From: Candidatus Falkowbacteria bacterium
GTDB taxonomy: Bacteria > Patescibacteriota > Patescibacteriia > UBA11705
Assembly (NCBI GenBank): GCA_003518055.1
Contig: DOZJ01000002.1
Coordinates: 170,137 to 234,136 of the forward strand
Reading direction: 5' to 3'
Length of the DNA: 64,000 nt
How positions within the stretch are numbered: position 1 is the first letter of the stretch; each line of letters begins with the position of its first letter. This document shows positions 47,996-55,722 of the stretch, in pieces. A program made the translations under genes and the position numbers. The notes under the pieces were generated by a model that saw nothing but the letters and a program-made list of their open reading frames with translations, had not been told where the DNA came from and made no database searches.

Positions 47996-48758
47996 AAAAA
48001 TTCACTGGCAGGAAAATGAAAAGATCGTTTTGATCGCCAAACAATCATGGGTGGTTGTAATCCCCCACATCATGGTTAGTTTGATTATTGTGCTGCTGGA
48101 TTTCTTTTTGATGTTTTATTTTATTACATTCGGTCTTGGCGGGCTGTTGCTTTTCTTGGCAGTTTTGCTCGTCACGATATATTATCTTGGAAAGATCTTT
48201 TATCTCTGGCAGTCAAACTTGATTTGTCTCACCGATCAGCGAGTAATTGATGTTCAGCAAGCAAAAATCGCCAAGCCGATAATCAAATTTGTATCGTTGT
48301 CAAAAATTAAAAATATTTCCATTGATTTTCGGTCGCTCAAACAGAAAGTGCTTCGCTATGGACAGCTCAAACTGGTGATCGAAGGGCTGCCGAAGACGTA
48401 TATTATTTTTAACCAAAGCAAACCTGACCGTTTGTTGAAAGCGATCAATGAACAAATTTATCGGATGAATCACGATGGTGCCGATCCTGACCCTTTTATT
48501 GATGATGATACTTTGTCCGAATCTGAGCCGGCCGTTACCGAGCCGGAAGTTGAATCCGTCGATACTTCAATTTTACAAGAGCCGTTGGACCATAAATCCG
48601 AGTCGAGCGCAGTTGTAACCGACGTCAATTTTACGCACAAGCCATTGGATCAAGTTGAGACCATTCTCGATCAGATTCACGACCTTAGCCCGGACGATCA
48701 GCGATTTATCCTGGAAACGCTGAAAGCCCAGAGCTCTGATTCGGAGCGAAAAACATGA
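47979..48758 (+). CDS. membrane protein with a bacterial PH-like (bPH_2/YdbT-like) domain and an acidic C-terminal tail
   Basis: two TM helices followed by L.DQRVIDVQ...; overlaps the ATPase stop by 17 nt. Confidence 0.4.
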   Translation: MKVLLKKIHWQENEKIVLIAKQSWVVVIPHIMVSLIIVLLDFFLMFYFITFGLGGLLLFLAVLLVTIYYLGKIFYLWQSNLICLTDQRVIDVQQAKIAKPIIKFVSLSKIKNISIDFRSLKQKVLRYGQLKLVIEGLPKTYIIFNQSKPDRLLKAINEQIYRMNHDGADPDPFIDDDTLSESEPAVTEPEVESVDTSILQEPLDHKSESSAVVTDVNFTHKPLDQVETILDQIHDLSPDDQRFILETLKAQSSDSERKT

Positions 48759-48801
48759 TTTAACCCCAAGGGTAAAATGTGCTATAATAACGCCATAGTT
48801 T

Positions 48802-49209
48802 ATGCATTCACGTCCAACAACCGTCAAGGCCAGAAAGAGTTTGTCTAAAATTACATTATTTATTATCTTTATTTTTGTCTTCGGGCTGGTGTTTTTTAGC
48901 ATCAAGGAATACATTAATAAAAAGAAATTGGACGCCGAGATTTTGGCTTTAAATCAGGAATTACAGACTCTTACTGCGGCTAAACAGGATTTCCTGCAAA
49001 CCATTGATCATTATAATAGCGATTTTTTTGTTGAACAGGAGGCTCGAACCAAATTGAACATGAAGAAGCCCGGAGAAAACGTCGTGGTGGTCAAGTTAGA
49101 CGACGTCAATCGAGTTAACGCTGAGACTGACGGCGCGAATGCAAATTATACCGCCGGCGGCTCCATGTCCAATTTTGTCCGATGGTGGAATTTCTTTTTT
49201 AATCATTAA
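48802..49209 (+). CDS. ftsB: FtsB/DivIC-family septum formation initiator
   Basis: single TM, coiled coil and the conserved EQEARTKLNMKKPGENVVVV motif. Confidence 0.65.
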   Translation: MHSRPTTVKARKSLSKITLFIIFIFVFGLVFFSIKEYINKKKLDAEILALNQELQTLTAAKQDFLQTIDHYNSDFFVEQEARTKLNMKKPGENVVVVKLDDVNRVNAETDGANANYTAGGSMSNFVRWWNFFFNH

Positions 49210-49217
49210 GAATTAGT

Positions 49218-50219
49218 ATGAAATACAAAAACAGTTGGCATTTTTTTGGGGCTCACATCGCAACTCGGGTAACAAAATGGAGCAAAAAAACATTTCGACG
49301 CTGGCAGCAGTCTAAAAACAAAAAAAGGTATATTTCAATGGCGATTCTTTTTGTCGTCGCCCTTGTTTTCATTTTTTCAGCGGTTGGACTATTGGCTTAT
49401 CGTCAACCAACCAACTCCAAAATTGTTAATGGAGCGATTCGAATTTTTCCCTATCCAGCGGCGATCGTAAACGGTGATATGATTACGTTATATGACTGGC
49501 AGTATGAATATTTTGCTTGGAAAAAAGCTAGTGAATTGGAAGGCTCTCAGGTCAGCGACGATCAAATCAGGAGCGATGTCTTGAACAAGCTGGTGTATGA
49601 CCGCGTGCTTTTGGATTTTGCTCGTAAATATGACATTAAAGTCACTGACGAAGAAATGGATTATGAATTAATCAATCTTGCGAAACAAGATTTTGGGACG
49701 GTGGAAAAATTTGAACAGGAAATCAAGGAAACATTTGGCTGGAGTTTGTCTGAATTTAAAAGTCGGATTTTATATAATTCTCTCGTTAATCAAAAATTGA
49801 CAGCGATGTACGCAGCCGACACCAATAACAAAGATCAGACCAAAAAACAAGTTGAATCGATCCGAGAACAATTGGTGGCCGGGGGAGATTTTGCCGTATT
49901 GGCCAAACAATATAGTCAAGACCCTGGATCGGCCGCCACCGGAGGTGATTTGGGCTGGTTCAAACGTGGCGTTATGGTCAAAGAATTTGAAGATGCCGCC
50001 TTTGCTTTGGAACCGGGTGTTTTGAGCGAAATTATTGAAACCCAATATGGATACCACATTCTGCTTGTAACTGAGAAAAAAGCCGCCACGGCCGACAGTG
50101 AAGAAGAGGTGAAAGTCAGCCACATTCTGATTTCACTCGAGACCTTTCAGACTGTTTTGGATCGGGCCGTTGATGAAGCCAAGGTGGTAAAATTTATTAA
50201 GGTACAAAAAAACAACTAA
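49218..50219 (+). CDS. membrane-anchored parvulin-type peptidyl-prolyl cis-trans isomerase (PrsA/SurA-like)
   Basis: GGDLGWFKRGVMVKEFEDAAFALEPGVLSEIIETQYGYHILLV. Confidence 0.75.
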   Translation: MKYKNSWHFFGAHIATRVTKWSKKTFRRWQQSKNKKRYISMAILFVVALVFIFSAVGLLAYRQPTNSKIVNGAIRIFPYPAAIVNGDMITLYDWQYEYFAWKKASELEGSQVSDDQIRSDVLNKLVYDRVLLDFARKYDIKVTDEEMDYELINLAKQDFGTVEKFEQEIKETFGWSLSEFKSRILYNSLVNQKLTAMYAADTNNKDQTKKQVESIREQLVAGGDFAVLAKQYSQDPGSAATGGDLGWFKRGVMVKEFEDAAFALEPGVLSEIIETQYGYHILLVTEKKAATADSEEEVKVSHILISLETFQTVLDRAVDEAKVVKFIKVQKNN

Positions 50220-50350
50220 TAACAGTTGTCTATCCGCCTGCCGCAGTCTTCGCTCTCATTATAATAAACGGCTGTGCCATTCCTAGCTCGTTTGAAAAGT
50301 TATGGTACTGGCCGCGCCAGCCGAAGCTCATGTGAAACAATGAGCGAAGG

Positions 50351-50426
50351 CTGGAGCCACCTCGCGGATTCGAACCGCGGACCTTTCCCTTACGAAGGGA
50401 CTGCTCTACCAGCTGAGCTAAGGTGG
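50351..50426 (-). tRNA. tRNA-Thr (anticodon CGU)
   Basis: reverse complement folds as a cloverleaf: acceptor gccacct/aggtggc, anticodon loop uuCGUaa, perfect T-arm cgcgg-ttcgaat-ccgcg, CCA encoded. Confidence 0.75.
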
Positions 50427-50462
50427 CAGAATGTAATTAATTATATTCGGAATTAACAAAAA

Positions 50463-51239
50463 ATGCAACCGTTTATGCCAAATTCAGCCAAGATGATTAT
50501 TAAGGGAATGATGGTCTTATTCTTGCTGCTAGCCCCGCTGGTTCCAGCTATGGCTCAGGATGATCTGATCGATTTGGTTGATTTGCATCTCGACACACCC
50601 ACGCTGGCTCGAGGTTATACCATTTCATCCACCGACAATACTTTTATGGTTGGGGTTAGACCGGAAGTTTTGGCGGAAGAAACCCGAGTTATAATTAAAC
50701 ACTTCTCTCCTGCCGGTTTAGAGTTTCCCGATGGGTTGGTTCCGGTTAGCGATATTTATGAATTTGATATATTTAACAAGGCGGCGTTTCAAAATAAACT
50801 GCCTCTGATGCTGAAATTTATTTTGCCCTCTTCGTCGCTATCCGCCCGCCAAGTATATTTTTATAATGGCGTTTTAGGGGAATGGATTCCATTGCCGACC
50901 GCCTATCAGGATCAAAATTCAGTCAAGGGGATTATTCATCTGCCATACGCCAAAATGGTGGTGCTCGAAGATGCCAAAATGAGCCGCGGCTCCGCCAGTT
51001 GGTATGGGTATAAAAATTGTTTGTGCGCCGCTTCGCCCGATTATCCGAAAGGGACAAAATTATTAGTTACCAATCTCGACAACAATCGTTCGGTTGAGGT
51101 TGTTGTCAATGATTTCGGTCCTGATCGCACCATTCATCCTGATCGAGTAATTGATTTGGATAAAGTCGCGTTCAAGGTTTTGGGCGAGCTGTGGCAGGGA
51201 ATCATCCCAAACGTTACCGTTGAGCCAATAAAAGAATAA
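50463..51239 (+). CDS. RlpA-like double-psi beta-barrel (DPBB) domain protein, a septal lytic transglycosylase family member
   Basis: signal peptide; C-terminal ASWYGYK...GTKLLVTNLDNNRSVEVVVNDFGP...RVIDLDKVAFKVLG. Confidence 0.6.
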   Translation: MQPFMPNSAKMIIKGMMVLFLLLAPLVPAMAQDDLIDLVDLHLDTPTLARGYTISSTDNTFMVGVRPEVLAEETRVIIKHFSPAGLEFPDGLVPVSDIYEFDIFNKAAFQNKLPLMLKFILPSSSLSARQVYFYNGVLGEWIPLPTAYQDQNSVKGIIHLPYAKMVVLEDAKMSRGSASWYGYKNCLCAASPDYPKGTKLLVTNLDNNRSVEVVVNDFGPDRTIHPDRVIDLDKVAFKVLGELWQGIIPNVTVEPIKE

Positions 51240-51242
51240 TAT

Positions 51243-51923
51243 ATGATTAAATTGAGACAAATAACAAAGTTATACAAACCCAATACCTACGCGCTTCATT
51301 GTGTTGATTTGCATATCAAGGACAAGGAATTTGTCTCGATTATCGGTCAAAGCGGTACAGGCAAAACCACCTTGATTCGGCTACTGACGGCGGAAGAAAA
51401 GCCAACCAAAGGTCAGTTGATTGTGGGCGGTTGGGACATCACCCGAATTCATCGGCGCGATGTGCCGATTTTACGCCGCCAAATTGGCGTGATTTATCAG
51501 GATTTCAAATTGTTAAACCAAAAAACCATTTTTGAAAATATCGCGTTCGCCCTTCAAGTCTGCGGCACCTCTCGCTCGACGATCAACAAAGTTGTCCCTC
51601 AAGTACTGCGCATTGTCGGTTTGGAGTCAAAAATCAGCCGGTATCCATGGCAGTTGTCCGGCGGTGAACAGCAGCGGGTTGGTATTGCTCGAGCCTTGAT
51701 TCATCACCCGAAAATTTTGTTGGCCGATGAACCGACCGGCAATTTGGATTCCATCAATACTCGAGAAATTATCGCCCTGTTGAAAAAAATTAATGAGCTT
51801 GGCACCACGGTCATGCTGGTCACTCACGACAAAGATGTGGTCAACCTGCTCAAAAAGCGCGTGGTGACCCTTGACCAAGGGAGAGTGGTCAGCGACCAAA
51901 AGGTTGGTCGTTACATGCTCTGA
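51243..51923 (+). CDS. ftsE: cell division ABC ATPase FtsE
   Basis: Walker A GQSGTGKTT; signature LSGGEQQRVGIARAL; Walker B LLADEPTGNLD; paired with the downstream ftsX. Confidence 0.85.
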   Translation: MIKLRQITKLYKPNTYALHCVDLHIKDKEFVSIIGQSGTGKTTLIRLLTAEEKPTKGQLIVGGWDITRIHRRDVPILRRQIGVIYQDFKLLNQKTIFENIAFALQVCGTSRSTINKVVPQVLRIVGLESKISRYPWQLSGGEQQRVGIARALIHHPKILLADEPTGNLDSINTREIIALLKKINELGTTVMLVTHDKDVVNLLKKRVVTLDQGRVVSDQKVGRYML

Positions 51924-51962
51924 TTTTATTGTTTGTAAATCAAATACATTGACCAATATTTT

Positions 51963-52874
51963 ATGCTAACTTTTTTCCGGGTTCTAAAATTCGCCTTGCA
52001 GGACTTTTACCGCAATTTCTGGTTGACTCTGGTTACGGTCTCTGTTTTAGTCTTGGCTTTGTTTTCAGTCAATGTTTTGATTACCCTCAAATCAGTTTCC
52101 GACAGTATTATCGATAATGTTCACAAACGAGTGGATATAAATGTTATGCTGGTCAGCGATACGACTGAGGCGGAGGTGACAAATTTCCGGACTTTTGTCT
52201 CCAATATTCCTGAGGTGGCGGAGGCGGGGTTTTTGTCAAAAGATGCGGTTATGGAGGAGTTCAAACAAAACAACATTGACAATCCGGATATTCAGGCGGC
52301 AATCGAGGAACTTGACACCAACCCATTCAACGACACCATTGTCATCAAGGCGGTTAATACCGACGATTATGATTTAATCTTACAAAAAATTATTGCCTCT
52401 GAATACTCAACCCTGATTGATAATAATGATTTTTCCGACCCGCAAAAGATTATTTCTTTTGTTCAGAGTGTGTCTCACAAAGTTGAACGGTTTGGTTTGT
52501 TTATTGCCTGTTTGTTCGGCTTGATTGCCTTTTTAATCGTTTTTAATACCATTCGGGTTACGATCTATACTCACAAGGAAGAAATTGGAGTGATGCGCCT
52601 CGTTGGCGCAACAAACTGGTTCATTCGAATGCCGTTTATTCTGGCCAGCGCCTTGTATGCTTTTGTTTCGCTCCTGATCAATGTCGGATTGATTTATCTC
52701 TTTATCAATCTTTTGAGTCCGTACCTGGATACATTTTTGGCTGATTACAACTTCGACCTAGCAGCGTATTTCAATCATAATTTTTGGTTGATTTTCGGTC
52801 TGGAATTTATTTTGGTGGTGGTTTTGACCGTTCTGAGCAGCGCCTTTGCCATTCGTCGATATCTCAAAGTCTAG
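51963..52874 (+). CDS. ftsX: cell division permease-like protein FtsX
   Basis: N-terminal TM, large periplasmic domain, three C-terminal TM helices; synteny with ftsE. Confidence 0.75.
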   Translation: MLTFFRVLKFALQDFYRNFWLTLVTVSVLVLALFSVNVLITLKSVSDSIIDNVHKRVDINVMLVSDTTEAEVTNFRTFVSNIPEVAEAGFLSKDAVMEEFKQNNIDNPDIQAAIEELDTNPFNDTIVIKAVNTDDYDLILQKIIASEYSTLIDNNDFSDPQKIISFVQSVSHKVERFGLFIACLFGLIAFLIVFNTIRVTIYTHKEEIGVMRLVGATNWFIRMPFILASALYAFVSLLINVGLIYLFINLLSPYLDTFLADYNFDLAAYFNHNFWLIFGLEFILVVVLTVLSSAFAIRRYLKV

Positions 52875-53007
52875 GCCTTTACAAATCTTTGATTTGTGCT
52901 AAAATAACGCAGAGCTTTCACCTGAATATAAAATTTGAAAGCGGAGCTGAATTGTTGGTATTTTGTCGAGTCCTTTCAACCGTATTTTTTCACAACGACA
53001 AAATACG

Positions 53008-53097
53008 AGATATTATTCTTACATCATGGAGAGGTGGCCGAGTGGCTGAAGGCACCACACTGCTAACGTGGAGGGGTGTAAAAACCCTCGCGAGTTC
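53008..53097 (+). tRNA. tRNA-Ser (anticodon GCU)
   Basis: acceptor ggagagg/cctctcc, anticodon loop cuGCUaa, long variable arm, CCA encoded. Confidence 0.75.
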
Positions 53098-53169
53098 GAA
53101 TCTCGCCCTCTCCGCCATGAACCACTCACTACGTTCGGGTTCATGGCACGCCAGTAGTGAGCCAATTCA

Positions 53170-53240
53170 CTTTGCTCGCTTATCTCGCTTTCCCTGTCCG
53201 CCGGAGCCTCGGCGCAGGCGGATTGCTTACAACTTACTTT
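53170..53240. repeat. partial copy of the REPIN-like repeat family (ctcgcttatct.gcttt...gcttacaac.tacttta) between the two tRNA-Ser genes
   Basis: matches 54145-54190 over about 40 nt with a few substitutions; additional hairpins at 53100-53165. Confidence 0.5.
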
Positions 53241-53242
53241 AA

Positions 53243-53333
<91 letters not shown>

Positions 53334-53468
53334 CCTACGCCAAGGCTTCGGCTGGCAAGCCAATTGAGGCAGTTAAGTTGAGTTCGTTCGTACGGGAAGT
53401 TAAAACCATTAGCCCAAATCAGAATCATTACAAGTTAGCTAGTTTAAAAAACAAATAAAAATAAACAT

Positions 53469-53987
53469 ATGAAAAAATGGCTTGAATCCATTATCTTTCC
53501 GCAGGCGCCGGAGGATATCGGTGAGGTTTTATTTGAATGGTCGGCGCCGGAGTTTGAGCGGCATGATCGAAGCCGGATATGGTATATTGCCACCGGTATT
53601 GCTTTGGCCGCGGTTTTGATATATGCTATTGTCACCATGAATTTCTTGTTTCTGGTGATTATTTTATTGGTCTCTCTGATTCTGGTCATGCAGCATTATT
53701 TGGACCCAAAGGATATTACGGTTAAAATCTCCACTAGCGGAGTTCTCGTGGGGCAGCGGTTCCATTATTTTCAAGATTTTAAAGTGTTTTGGCTCGCTTA
53801 TTACCCGCCGGAAGTCAAAAATTTGTATTTGGAATTTCGGGGTATGCGGCGGGACAAATTAAGCTTGCCTTTGGGCGATTTAAATCCGCTTGACATCAGG
53901 AGCGCCCTCGAATCTTACATTGAAGAGGATCTTCGCCGGGAAAATGAGCCAATTGAAGATTATTTGGCTCGGCGGATCAAGTTATAG
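53469..53987 (+). CDS. hypothetical membrane protein
   Basis: 172-aa ORF; two TM helices in the centre. Confidence 0.4.
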   Translation: MKKWLESIIFPQAPEDIGEVLFEWSAPEFERHDRSRIWYIATGIALAAVLIYAIVTMNFLFLVIILLVSLILVMQHYLDPKDITVKISTSGVLVGQRFHYFQDFKVFWLAYYPPEVKNLYLEFRGMRRDKLSLPLGDLNPLDIRSALESYIEEDLRRENEPIEDYLARRIKL

Positions 53988-54053
53988 CGTTTAATGTGTT
54001 GATTAATATTGTTATTTTGTATTTGTGATTCGTTTTTTCTTTTGATCCTGTAC

Positions 54054-54180
54054 TCGCTTTTAATAAGCTATAAGTGAAATAAGCAAGACAAGCAAGATAA
54101 GTAAATCAGCACTCAGATTGTCTTTTGGCTTATGCTCTACTCGCTTATCTTGCTTTACTCGCTGTTCTCGCTTACAACGT
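54054..54180. repeat. REPIN-like structured repeat (copy B), inverted relative to copy A at 9886-9990
   Basis: 54054-54100 equals the reverse complement of 9942-9990 with one mismatch; internal arms gcaagataag/cgcttatcttgc; shared block ctcgctgttctcgctt. Confidence 0.6.
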
Positions 54181-54187
54181 ACTTTAT

Positions 54188-54276
54188 GTGCCCGTAGCTC
54201 CCGCCTTCGCTCTTACTTCGTAGAGCTTCGGCGGGCACCGCAGCTGGATAGTCAATCCCAGCTTCGCTCGGGCACA
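54188..54276 (+). other. tRNA-like pseudo-element. It shares the first 13 nt (gtgcccgtagctc) and the acceptor-complementary 3-prime end (cgggcaca) with the downstream tRNA, and has an internal hairpin insertion.
   Basis: 17-nt direct repeat ttatgtgcccgtagctc at 54184-54200 and 54309-54325; nested hairpins cccgcc...ggcggg / gctcttac-ttc-gtagagc. Confidence 0.45.
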
Positions 54277-54312
54277 ATTAGTTATTAGTGATTAATTATT
54301 GATTATTTATTA

Positions 54313-54389
54313 TGTGCCCGTAGCTCAGCTGGATAGAGCGCAAGCTTGCGGAGCTTGAGGTCGCAGGTTCGAACCCTACCGGGCACACC
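54313..54389 (+). tRNA. tRNA-Arg (anticodon GCG as read; Arg identity tentative)
   Basis: acceptor gtgcccg/cgggcac, D-arm gctc-agctggata-gagc, anticodon stem caagc/gcttg with loop uuGCGga, T-loop ttcgaac, CCA encoded. Confidence 0.6.
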
Positions 54390-54435
54390 AGTTTATAGTT
54401 AGCGGAATTTATCTGGATATTTTGGGGACACTCTT

Positions 54436-54540
54436 TGAAATGAAAAAAACAAAAAAATAAATCACATTAGCTGTCAGCCAGTCTGAGATCCTGAAATAAA
54501 TTCAGGATGACAAAGTGAATATTTTTTTGTTTTTTTCATT
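54436..54540. repeat. long inverted repeat: 24-nt arms GAAATGAAAAAAACAAAAAAATAA / TTATTTTTTTGTTTTTTTCATTTC flanking a 57-nt core that contains its own hairpin (atcctgaa-ataaa-ttcaggat)
   Basis: exact complementarity of the arms; lies between tRNA-Arg and the FdtA-like gene, and the right arm overlaps the start of the track ORF. Confidence 0.6.
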
Positions 54541-54562
54541 TCCCCATAACATCGGAGGAGTG

Positions 54563-55027
54563 ATGATCTACAAGGAAGCCGACGTACAGAAATTAGCGGT
54601 TCCGGTTCGCGTGGAAGACCGCGGCCTGTATACGATTTATACCCTGCCCGAGCGTGAATCCAAAGGTAAAACCGGCCGCAAGCTCATTGTGCCGTTTGAT
54701 GGTCGATTCCCGCTGATTGACGGATTCGAGGTGAAATACCTGTATCTAGTCGAGCTTCAAGATATCTCAAGCGTGGCCGGCCATCATTTCCATTTGCGAA
54801 AGACAGAATTCTTGATGGCTGTTTGCGGCGAGGTCAAGATTTTCTTTCAGGATATCGAGACCGGTGAATACCGGAGCCTCAGCCTCAAGGCCAAAGACAA
54901 CCGCGTCATTCATATCAGACCGGGGATTGCCCACGCGGTCGGGGCGCATACTATCCCAGCCATTGTGCTGGTTATGGCTGACTTTCCAAACACCGAAGAC
55001 GATGAGTTTCCCCATCGCATTATTTGA
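54563..55027 (+). CDS. FdtA/WxcM-like cupin (dTDP-4-keto-6-deoxyhexose 3,4-ketoisomerase family)
   Basis: GGAGGAG RBS; cupin motifs HHFHLRKTEFLMAVCGEVKIFFQD and HIRPGIAHAV. Confidence 0.45.
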   Translation: MIYKEADVQKLAVPVRVEDRGLYTIYTLPERESKGKTGRKLIVPFDGRFPLIDGFEVKYLYLVELQDISSVAGHHFHLRKTEFLMAVCGEVKIFFQDIETGEYRSLSLKAKDNRVIHIRPGIAHAVGAHTIPAIVLVMADFPNTEDDEFPHRII

Positions 55028-55075
55028 TCACCCAACCGGTGATTTTTTTTACAACAAAAAATCCTGACCAGTTGA

Positions 55076-55363
55076 TCAGGATCGGGCGCGTTCGTCACGC
55101 CGCTGTTGGTCTCCCCAGAGGAAGATTCTCGACGCAAGCTGCATGATGAAGTCATGAAGCTCTCGTTCACCCGGATCCGACGACAGCTTGTCCGCGTCGT
55201 TCATGACCCAGCTGAGCGCCGATTCGAATTCTCCTCGACCGAGAGAGCGCAGGGCCGCTCGTCCGGATGCGAATTGGCTGAATCCGGGCGCAGCCAAGAG
55301 CAGGCGTTTCAGTTCTACACCCAGCTCACTTCGTTCCGGCTCAGGGAAGATGCATGTATTCAT
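55076..55363 (-). CDS. small hypothetical protein, tandem paralog of 55341..55619 (GC-rich islet)
   Basis: ATG start; shared motif LLAAP(G/E)...A...R.L..G..E.A with the upstream gene; about 55% GC. Confidence 0.4.
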   Translation of the reverse strand: MNTCIFPEPERSELGVELKRLLLAAPGFSQFASGRAALRSLGRGEFESALSWVMNDADKLSSDPGERELHDFIMQLASRIFLWGDQQRRDERARS

Positions 55364-55619
55364 TTTTCCTCATCCAGTCCATGAGCTGTTCACTCATAGC
55401 ATGGCCGAAGTTGTAGATGTCTCGGCGGTAGATGTGGAACTTGTCCAAATCAACCGCCAGATGACTGACCGCGTGCTCCAGCTTTCCCCGCATCAGTTCG
55501 CGCCTGGCCATTACCACTGCGGTATATGCATCCAGCTCGGGGGCAGCCAGCAATTCGGTCATTTTTTGAATCAAACTAATGCGGTCTTCACCGGTCCAGT
55601 ATTGGGTTTTCGAGGTCAT
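55341..55619 (-). CDS. small hypothetical protein, tandem paralog, overlapping the downstream gene by 23 nt
   Basis: ATG start; 92 aa; paralogous motif; overlap suggests translational coupling. Confidence 0.4.
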   Translation of the reverse strand: MTSKTQYWTGEDRISLIQKMTELLAAPELDAYTAVVMARRELMRGKLEHAVSHLAVDLDKFHIYRRDIYNFGHAMSEQLMDWMRKNEYMHLP

Positions 55620-55722
55620 TTCCGTCTCCGATCCGGTTGAGGGTATCTAGCTATTATATCATAATTAGTATAATTTGTCAATGGTTTTAGCTAAATTCAG
55701 GAGAATTTGCTAAAATATCAGC

